Shown here piece by piece: positions 20,732 through 27,619 of a stretch of 64,000 nucleotides of DNA. The position numbers and the translations under genes are program-made. The notes under the pieces were generated by a model. That model saw nothing but the letters and a program-made list of their open reading frames with translations, was not told the origin of the DNA and searched no databases. The stretch comes from a virus (taxonomy: Duplodnaviria > Caudoviricetes), in IMG/VR virus record IMGVR_UViG_3300022217_000003, positions 111,780 through 175,779 of that record. One strand, given 5' to 3'. How positions within the stretch are numbered: position 1 is the stretch's first letter; every line of letters starts with the position of its first letter.

Positions 20732-20953
20732 TTACATAATCTCATTAATACTCTCTAAAGCAAGTTTTGCAGCCCCGCCCTTTTTTAAGATCGACCTAAA
20801 CCCAGACTTATCATCACGCCAAACATGGTCAGAGCAATACTCATCTTCATACACCTTGCCATTAGCTTCTATCTTATAATCAAAACTATAATAATCATCG
20901 TCAATCTGAATATTATTGATAGTAACCTTAATTAATGTTTCTATTGGTTTCAT
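20732..20953 (-). CDS. hypothetical protein
   Basis: GGAGG RBS; 73 aa. Confidence 0.45.
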   Translation of the reverse strand: MKPIETLIKVTINNIQIDDDYYSFDYKIEANGKVYEDEYCSDHVWRDDKSGFRSILKKGGAAKLALESINEIM

Positions 20954-20975
20954 TAATATCCTCCCTATATATAAA

Positions 20976-21379
20976 ACAGGCAGATAGTGTTTTATACTAT
21001 AACCTTTCTATTGTTTTTCCTTCGTCGTTTAATAAATAACCCCTACCATTGAAATAGGTGGCTCTATGATTACCCTTAGGGTCTTCGTAATATGCTATTT
21101 TAAAATTAGGAAAATACGCCAAACTATTCCCTTTAGAATCAACCCCGTCTATTTGATGAACATCTATTAAACTATCATCAACCACAGAATCATCAACTAA
21201 ATCAACTAATCCTTCTTTTTCTAATTTCCTATGAGAAATCCTTATGTGACTCTTTGCCTCATAATATATATAATCTATAGCAACTGGATCATATATAGAT
21301 CTTACTTGAATCTTCAATATCATACTATCTTTCTACCTCTCTTTCTTAAATTAGTTATTCTAAATATCTATCTGCCTGT
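20976..21379. repeat. 12-bp perfect inverted repeat pair flanking the 20997..21323 gene
   Basis: acaggcagatag at 20976-20987 and ctatctgcctgt at 21368-21379. Confidence 0.7.
20997..21323 (-). CDS. hypothetical protein (C-terminal YLLNDEGKTIERL)
   Basis: 108-aa ORF with GAGG RBS, enclosed by inverted repeats. Confidence 0.55.
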   Translation of the reverse strand: MILKIQVRSIYDPVAIDYIYYEAKSHIRISHRKLEKEGLVDLVDDSVVDDSLIDVHQIDGVDSKGNSLAYFPNFKIAYYEDPKGNHRATYFNGRGYLLNDEGKTIERL

Positions 21380-21391
21380 CTGTCTATTCTT

Positions 21392-21742
21392 TTAATCAAT
21401 ATCAAAATTCCTATCACCACAGTTGGGGCAAACGGCAGTGGCTTTATCTTTTTTCCAATCTTCGTATGTCCACCACTTCTGGTGTTTAAATTTTCTTATC
21501 ATTCTTTTAAATTCATAATATATTAAAAACCATGAATGGGGATCGGTTCTTTTCCATCCATAGTCCTCTTTTACAGAATCCTGAAATTTTATTCTCCTTG
21601 GCTTTATATTTCTTTCAATATAATCTATGAATACACTAAAGGGATTATAGCTCCACCTAATGCCTTTTTTTGTTTTATAAAAGCTAAAATCCCAGAAGTC
21701 ATCTTGACTCCAATTACAACTATGGCAATGTAAATAAGCCAT
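21392..21742 (-). CDS. hypothetical zinc-binding protein
   Basis: N-terminal CHSC and C-terminal CPNC. Confidence 0.5.
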   Translation of the reverse strand: MAYLHCHSCNWSQDDFWDFSFYKTKKGIRWSYNPFSVFIDYIERNIKPRRIKFQDSVKEDYGWKRTDPHSWFLIYYEFKRMIRKFKHQKWWTYEDWKKDKATAVCPNCGDRNFDID

Positions 21743-21804
21743 TATTTAATACCCCATTCTTTTTTGTAATCTTTGTCGATTGATTTAGATTTCATTATGT
21801 TCCT

Positions 21805-22056
21805 CTATGTTTTAACTCCTGGGCTACCTTCTGGTATACAAATATCTAACGATATTTCATCCCTTGTCCTATTGTAATAATTTAATACCTTTTGCAATGC
21901 ATCTATAATATCTCCAAAATTTATCTTGTCTACACATCCCCTGGGTTGCAATATTTTTATTTGCAACCCCTTTTTATCTATACCAAAATGGAATGTATCT
22001 ATTTGCTTATATTCTTGCTTAGTATTCTTTTCTTTTTTAACCACATCCGCCCCCAA
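21805..22056 (-). CDS. hypothetical protein
   Basis: 83-aa ORF in operon. Confidence 0.35.
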   Translation of the reverse strand: MGADVVKKEKNTKQEYKQIDTFHFGIDKKGLQIKILQPRGCVDKINFGDIIDALQKVLNYYNRTRDEISLDICIPEGSPGVKT

Positions 22057-22414
22057 ACTTCATAAAATCATCCGCTGACATTTTTACTTCTTCTTCCCAA
22101 TCATCATCATTGGCTTTCTTAATATCTACCGTAAGTATTCCTTGCTTATAAAACAAACTACTAATATAATATTCTCCCATATGATTAGCCTTTTTATTAT
22201 TTTCTAAATCAAATAAATACTTAGCCGTGCTTGACGCTCTATTAACAATCTCTTGTATATCTGCATTTATACCATTTTTAATATGTTCATCAAGTTTCCC
22301 TTTTTGTTTTTTTATAGCGTCACCCAAAGACATTCCATTTTTCATATCAGCTATTATTGTCTGCTCCGCTGCAACTTCTATCTTTTCACAAATCTCATTT
22401 CGTAACCAATTCAT
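22037..22414 (-). CDS. hypothetical protein
   Basis: AGGAG RBS, 125 aa. Confidence 0.45.
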   Translation of the reverse strand: MNWLRNEICEKIEVAAEQTIIADMKNGMSLGDAIKKQKGKLDEHIKNGINADIQEIVNRASSTAKYLFDLENNKKANHMGEYYISSLFYKQGILTVDIKKANDDDWEEEVKMSADDFMKFGGGCG

Positions 22415-22898
22415 CTGCTATCTCCTGCAATTCTTCTAATGTTGCACCTTCTGGTGCTTTAAAAGATACATTTATATATTTCATAGGGTGCGCCAATTGC
22501 ATTTCAAAATCGACAACAACGGTTCTTTGAGGATCATCATTATACCAATATTTCAGATATTGCTTTTCATATGGGTATCTATCGTCTTCATCTGCTGTAT
22601 AATACCCATCAAGATATACATCTATTTCTTTTCTTCCGAAGTTTAGTTTGTTTTTGAAGAACCATATTATCTTTTGAAAGAAACTGAATTTATTCCACAT
22701 CAAATCCGCTTCTGGCATTTTATGATTATCAATAAGACTCTTATGCTCAAATTTAGATAATACATCATTAGCCTGCTTTGCTATTTGTTCCAAGCAATCT
22801 TCTGACAGTCTATCCCCTGTATACTTTTGTAAGGAATTATTTAGTTGCTGTTTTATTTTCTTTATCATAACGCAAATATAATAAAAAATAGAGTTCAA
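22395..22898 (-). CDS. hypothetical protein, weak resemblance to a tail-sheath C-terminal domain
   Basis: DDPQRTVVVDFEMQLAHPMKYINVSF recalls sheath C-termini; recognised by eye only. Confidence 0.3.
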   Translation of the reverse strand: MNSIFYYICVMIKKIKQQLNNSLQKYTGDRLSEDCLEQIAKQANDVLSKFEHKSLIDNHKMPEADLMWNKFSFFQKIIWFFKNKLNFGRKEIDVYLDGYYTADEDDRYPYEKQYLKYWYNDDPQRTVVVDFEMQLAHPMKYINVSFKAPEGATLEELQEIADELVTK

Positions 22899-23076
22899 TT
22901 CAATATGAAAAAGTCACATTGTTATATTAATATACAGGTATCTAAATTATTTATTATATCAAGTATAGTATGTTCTCTACTGTAATCTGTATTGGAATAT
23001 ATACATACACCATACTTATGGTTAAATATGGGTATGATTATGGGGAATAGTTCGTATAGGAATTTCTTTAGTTTAT

Positions 23077-23283
23077 TCATTGGTTTAACCCTTCCATCCT
23101 TTTCCCGCACCATGGGCATCTTGCATAAGGTATGTGAGATGTAGATCCTCCCTGACCATAAGAGGGGGAATTAAATTCTCCTTTACAGCCAGGACACTTG
23201 TAACTATATTGCGTTTTGTTCTCATCGTAGATTTCTATTTTACCTAATTCTAAATTATTGGAAGAGGTTTGATTGTCATCCAT
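23077..23283 (-). CDS. small zinc-ribbon protein
   Basis: CPGC...CPWC; AGGAG RBS. Confidence 0.5.
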   Translation of the reverse strand: MDDNQTSSNNLELGKIEIYDENKTQYSYKCPGCKGEFNSPSYGQGGSTSHIPYARCPWCGKRMEGLNQ

Positions 23284-23295
23284 TAGTTTTTCTCC

Positions 23296-23766
23296 TTACA
23301 ATAAAATAAATCCCTCTGCGACCCTTCTGTCTGCAAAGTCTCTTAATTTGTTATTGATTGCTTCCATCAGTTCTGGTCTCTCTTCTGAATTACGGAGGTT
23401 TAATAAAAAGTCATAGTGATAGTAAGTGAGCCCCTGGATAAATTCCGTACCTTGAGGTATCGTCATACGAAAATATCTAATCCTGAGCTTGCGTTCTTCT
23501 TCTTTTATTTTTGCTTTGATTTCTAATGCAGTATCTTTTTGAATCTTTTCAACATATTCTTTGTAGTCAGAAGAAGTTTTTTGTATAGTCGTAATATGTC
23601 CTGCTTGGATGAATGTATATAAACATCCTTTGGGGGCTCTCATACTATTTTTAATCTGTTCAGAGGTAAACGATAAAGATATATCTTCTACTTGTCCTCC
23701 GGCAAGCTTTAATTCATTGAGATCATTGATTATTAAATTGCCAGCTATTTCACACTTGATAATCAT
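23296..23766 (-). CDS. putative virion protein, paralog of the N-domain of the adjacent gene
   Basis: GGQVEDIS...EQIKNS...IQAGHI similar to PGQALDVS...DRIKQN...LKAGTL. Confidence 0.45.
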   Translation of the reverse strand: MIIKCEIAGNLIINDLNELKLAGGQVEDISLSFTSEQIKNSMRAPKGCLYTFIQAGHITTIQKTSSDYKEYVEKIQKDTALEIKAKIKEEERKLRIRYFRMTIPQGTEFIQGLTYYHYDFLLNLRNSEERPELMEAINNKLRDFADRRVAEGFILL

Positions 23767-24494
23767 TATTCTATAATAGCATTTGCCTGACCGTCTAACT
23801 CAGGGGCTTCTATTTCATCACCTTCTATGTCTTCTAACCTATCTTCACAGGCAGCCACAATATCGGGATCTTTTACATACATTTCAGCGTAATCTTCTAG
23901 TCTGGATAACGAACTTGTTTCTGCTATTTCATCTAGTATGTTTTGTTTTTGTCCATCAAACTTTTTACCAGGCAAGTCGGCTCTTTTTGCTTTTTTTGCA
24001 GAAGACGAAACTTCGTCGGTGTCAAGCATTTCTGTCTGTAGTTCTAAATCTTTATTGCTGATAAAGCCATCTGGCTTATTGTCTTTGGGTTGCGGAACAA
24101 CTGTTTCTTGTTCAGGGGAAGTACTGGGGGGGGCAGGAGATACAGTATCTTCAGCCTTTTGTGCATCAGGGTTCTCCTGTGGCTGTATCGTAGCATCTTT
24201 AAATATCTCTTTTACTTCTTTTTCAGGAGGTACTTGTTTTATAGTAGCCGCCTCTGCTATTTCTTCGAATGAAGATTTTAATAGCGAGGTATCAACTATT
24301 TTAAGCGTACCTGCTTTAAGGTGTTGTATAATTTCTGGATTTTGCTTTATTCTATCATCACTCATTATGATAGAGACATCCAAGGCCTGCCCTGGTCCAA
24401 TTATGGTATCAGAGTCACGCCTACTTGCTTTTACGGTTGTAAGGATAACCTTTGTAGGATTCCCTTCCTTATTTGTTGGGTTATAAAGTATCAT
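23766..24494 (-). CDS. putative virion/head-completion protein with Pro/Glu-rich linker
   Basis: AGGAG RBS before ATG at 24494 (MILYNPTNKEG); immediately after the major capsid gene. Confidence 0.5.
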   Translation of the reverse strand: MILYNPTNKEGNPTKVILTTVKASRRDSDTIIGPGQALDVSIIMSDDRIKQNPEIIQHLKAGTLKIVDTSLLKSSFEEIAEAATIKQVPPEKEVKEIFKDATIQPQENPDAQKAEDTVSPAPPSTSPEQETVVPQPKDNKPDGFISNKDLELQTEMLDTDEVSSSAKKAKRADLPGKKFDGQKQNILDEIAETSSLSRLEDYAEMYVKDPDIVAACEDRLEDIEGDEIEAPELDGQANAIIE

Positions 24495-24523
24495 ACTGTT
24501 AATTTCTCCTTTTAAGTTAATTA

Positions 24524-24559
24524 ATATCAGGGGAGCAGATAAACTGCCCCCACTGATAT
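24524..24559 (-). terminator. stem-loop downstream of the major capsid gene (terminator or mRNA stabiliser)
   Basis: ATATCAG-T-GGGGGCAG TTTAT CTGCTCCC-CTGATAT on minus strand, just after the MCP stop. Confidence 0.6.
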
Positions 24560-24583
24560 CTATATAACATAATATAAAATATA

Positions 24584-25138
24584 TTATGAAGTCGGCAAAT
24601 AAACTGGTTCGCCCTGTGTGTCTGCCAGGAACCACGGGGTATAGGTTGACTTACCTGTAATGGTAATTTTTGCAACCGCTCTTGCGTTGACTATGCCTAC
24701 GCCGATTTCTTCGTATACGACCCAACCTAACCGCAACTTTGCGGGTTTGTCAGCAGGTATTACGTTTACATCTTGACGAATTGGCATAACGCCTACAAAT
24801 TCGGGTTCTGCGAGACAATAGACTGTTCCACGAGGGATCATTTTACTTACAAGTATGTCTGAGGTCCATAAATGACCAACTAACCCTGTTTGTAAAATCT
24901 CTCTCTGTGTAACGAAGTCAAAATCGTTTCTTCCCCAAGTAAGTATGTCTGTGTAATCACCAAAATTCATGATGAACTTACTAGGAACTAAATCCCATTT
25001 ACCTACTTCGGACATCGCCGAAATCATAGAAGTTCTAGCCATGGTATTCGCAACGGTAGTCGTAGGGTTAATAGCAGTAGAAGAAGCAGCAATAGCATTA
25101 AAGATATTCTGATCTTCTATGGCCATTAAATCGATTTT
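24584..25138 (-). CDS. major capsid protein (HK97-like fold), exon 4 of 4
   Basis: KIDLMAIEDQNIF...EILQTGLVGHLW...AEPEFVGVMPIRQD...LGWVVYEEIG; follows the intron-terminal G of GTAACAACACTG. Confidence 0.85.
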   Translation of the reverse strand, partial: KIDLMAIEDQNIFNAIAASSTAINPTTTVANTMARTSMISAMSEVGKWDLVPSKFIMNFGDYTDILTWGRNDFDFVTQREILQTGLVGHLWTSDILVSKMIPRGTVYCLAEPEFVGVMPIRQDVNVIPADKPAKLRLGWVVYEEIGVGIVNARAVAKITITGKSTYTPWFLADTQGEPVYLPTS

Positions 25139-26126
25139 CAGTGTTGTTACTCTCAATTATTCATTGAGGGACAGGACATTTCTGCCTGTCTCCGTATATT
25201 GCTATACGGCTCGGACTATGTCTTCACCTTTCGGTGTTTCTCGTATAGTCTCTGAGGGTGGAAACTTATATTGCATACATTCAGGTATGTGCTTTTTTAT
25301 TATATTCATTAACTTAGGATACTCAGCTTTAGTAATCCTAAATTCATAAACTGTCTTAGAAGAATAATATACCTTTACACTAAGGTCAAATTTATTTTTC
25401 AAAACACCCTGAATAATTTTAACTACACCTTTATTGAGATGTTTCCCAACGTATAGCCTTATACCAACTATTTCTTTTTTATGATTCATGAGATAACACC
25501 CATCGTCCATTATCCAGATCGCCAAACCTAATGGAGTAAGCCTTTCTAACGCTTTCTTCTTAAGTATTTTATTCCCAGTTCCATGGTAATTTTTATAAAA
25601 CAACCATCGGTAATAATTAAAGTCTGGATGAAACTTTGTGGCATAACGATAACTTTCAAACCCATTTTTATCAATTTGTTTCCTAATGGGGTTTGAAAAC
25701 ATACCAAAAATATCACTCTTCCATTTTAAGTAGCCTAATTGTTTTGCACAATGTGTCATAAACAAGCTACTGCAATATTTGTTAGACCTGATACTTGAAT
25801 CGCCAAGCATCATTCCTATAACTGCATCTTTTTGAATACTGTCCAAATGATATTTTTTTATTTCCCTTAACTGAGTGTGAAGTATGGGTATACTCCACTT
25901 TTTCATTTTTTTGGAAATGGTATTGTTATTACAATTATACACTTTTGCAATCTCACGTATAGTTAGCATCTCCGAATGATACAACTTTTCTAATTTTTCT
26001 TTTGTTATGTCTTTAATATTCAACATAGCAAGTTTCCTTTCCTGCAAATTGTCCGCAGTGCTTTCTCTTAAAAAACACATCTTACCGGAGTTCCTTGCAT
26101 ATAGAGAAATTGAGAACCAATTTCTT
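25139..26126 (-). mobile_element. group I intron 3 of the MCP gene (988 nt), ORF-containing
   Basis: P1 AGAGCU/GGUUCU with U.G at the 5' splice site; P TATGCAAGGAA, Q AATTTGCAGG, R CTCAGAGACTA, S GAAGACATAGTCC; terminal G; removal restores RAQQRA-KIDLMA. Confidence 0.88.
25202..26026 (-). CDS. intron-encoded LAGLIDADG homing endonuclease with N-terminal HTH
   Basis: IGMMLGDSS and LAIWIMDDG motifs; LTIREIAKVYNC HTH; 3' end runs through the intron R/S core; ATG at 26026 after AAGGA. Confidence 0.88.
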   Translation of the reverse strand: MLNIKDITKEKLEKLYHSEMLTIREIAKVYNCNNNTISKKMKKWSIPILHTQLREIKKYHLDSIQKDAVIGMMLGDSSIRSNKYCSSLFMTHCAKQLGYLKWKSDIFGMFSNPIRKQIDKNGFESYRYATKFHPDFNYYRWLFYKNYHGTGNKILKKKALERLTPLGLAIWIMDDGCYLMNHKKEIVGIRLYVGKHLNKGVVKIIQGVLKNKFDLSVKVYYSSKTVYEFRITKAEYPKLMNIIKKHIPECMQYKFPPSETIRETPKGEDIVRAV

Positions 26127-26377
26127 AGCTCTTTGCTGAGCTCTATCAATCAAATTAAACCTACGAGCTTTCACCTGCGAAAACCTAACTTGAGGATAAG
26201 ACCCGATTTCAAAAAGGGGAACGGTAATCCTCTCACCTTCCTGGATCGTGTCCGGAATTCTTCCTCTCTTGCTCACAGTAACGGCTGGAGATTTTATATC
26301 TTTATCATAAACCGGTAAAGCACCCTGTGGTAATGGGTCCGGTACAATAAGTTTTCTTCCAACCGACTGATAATCTA
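26127..26377 (-). CDS. major capsid protein, exon 3 of 4
   Basis: (L)DYQSVGRKLIVPDPLPQGALPVYDKD...VPLFEIGSYP...RRFNLIDRAQQRA. Confidence 0.85.
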
Positions 26378-26649
26378 CAATTTTGTTACTCACCCTATCT
26401 TGAAGTCACAATTTGTTACTTCAAGTCCAAGGTGGGACAGATCATTTCTGCCTGCCTCTACATATTTCTATGCAGTTCGGACTGTATCATCTTTAAACTA
26501 TTTTCAAAGAACAAAGCCCCCTTTGCAGTCTCTGGGGAGAATTCGTGTTCGCTATTTGCGAATTGAGAACACTCCTGCTGATTGTCCGTCCTCATAAAAC
26601 GGGTGTTCCAGCATACACCGGGGGTTTTAATGGCGCAAGATTATGGTTC
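26378..26649 (-). mobile_element. group I intron 2 of the MCP gene (272 nt), ORF-less
   Basis: P1 AUGGCGU/GCGCCAU with U.G; P TATGCTGGAA, Q AATCAGCAGG, R CAGAGACTG, S GATGATACAGTCC; ends GTAACAAAATTG. Confidence 0.88.
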
Positions 26650-26662
26650 ACGCCATCCTAAT
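26650..26662 (-). CDS. major capsid protein, 13-nt micro-exon 2 (ATTAGGATGGCGT)
   Basis: Joining exons gives in-frame MANP-IRMA-L-DYQSVGRK; flanked by intron 1 terminal G and intron 2 P1. Confidence 0.82.
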
Positions 26663-26907
26663 CTTTATTGTTACTCCTATTATTGGATATTAATAGGGGA
26701 ACGGTCATTTCTGCCGTTCTCTACACATCACTGTGTAGAACAGACTATATCTTCACCCTTTCGACATAAGGGGTTCTGCGTGTTAGTCGTTGAGGGGTCA
26801 ATTAATAATGACTTCCCTGCTGATAATCTAAAATTCAATTTAGACTTCCCAGCATACAGCAGAATCTTTTTAACTATCAGTTACCCAATAGCTTCCCAAT
26901 AGATATT
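26663..26907 (-). mobile_element. group I intron 1 of the MCP gene (245 nt), ORF-less
   Basis: P1 CCUAAUA/UAUUGGG with U.G; P TATGCTGGGAA, Q TATCAGCAGG, R CTCAACGACTA, S GAAGATATAGTCT; ends GTAACAATAAAG. Confidence 0.88.
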
Positions 26908-27009
26908 AGGATTAGCCATTGAAGCGGCAAGAGCGAGTCTTCCGTCCTCTGAAGAAAGAGCAGCCTCTATAAGAGAATTTCTTTCTGCGGGAGTTATAAC
27001 ATCACTCAT
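26908..27009 (-). CDS. major capsid protein, exon 1 of 4 (spliced product 306 aa)
   Basis: AAGGAG RBS, MSDVITPAERNSLIEAALSSEDGRLALAASMANP; exons 102+13+251+555 = 921 nt, an uninterrupted frame. Confidence 0.85.
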
Positions 27010-27103
27010 CTTGTCAACTCCTTTCAATTAAATAAAAAATTATTAGTATATATATAATACCATGAAGATTATCATTACGATATATCTTCTGCGTTACGCA
27101 ATT

Positions 27104-27619
27104 TTACGTTACGCCTTCTATCTGACCAACGGTCATGATAGTCATTTTGTCATCGTTCGCTGCCGATGAAGGCGGAACGATTACCATTCCAACTATAGGC
27201 TGTGAGCCATAATTAGTTGCGGGAGTTAATTTCCCTTGATTAGTCCCAGACCCTATAACTGTTAACAATGTATTAACCGCATAAGTCATTCCTGTGTCAT
27301 AGTTTTCCTTAACTTCAAATACACCATTAAGACATAACAGATATATAGAGAGATATCCTGATTTCAATCCATCTACAAAACTATCGGCCAATATACCAAT
27401 CGGTCTTGTAGCATCTGTTTTATCAAGGGCAGTAGTGCCCCCATCACTTAAAAACTGTAAAATCATTCCGGCTGGTAAAGTGGTATCAGAAGCTCCATAA
27501 GGTTCATTGAGGTCGGTAGACCCCGTGTTCCTAAGATTGGTCGTTCCTAACGCCACCAATGTGGAGCTCATAGGAAAAGATATAGGTCCTGGATATGGTT
27601 CATGTACAACTTCAAGCAT
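27104..27619 (-). CDS. putative capsid decoration/cement protein
   Basis: between scaffold and MCP; small Gly/Thr-rich beta protein (PIGILAD, GKLT, VGMV). Confidence 0.55.
   Translation of the reverse strand: MLEVVHEPYPGPISFPMSSTLVALGTTNLRNTGSTDLNEPYGASDTTLPAGMILQFLSDGGTTALDKTDATRPIGILADSFVDGLKSGYLSIYLLCLNGVFEVKENYDTGMTYAVNTLLTVIGSGTNQGKLTPATNYGSQPIVGMVIVPPSSAANDDKMTIMTVGQIEGVT

Noticed and set aside
26582-26902. 106-aa plus-strand ORF and the N-terminal extensions of ORFs 25202..26149, 26082..26393 and 24584..25156
   Set aside because: They are translations of intron RNA sequence or its antisense, not plausible proteins
24584-27009. Major capsid gene as a pseudogene or frameshifted assembly
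   Set aside because: The interruptions have complete group I intron hallmarks and their removal restores an exact reading frame
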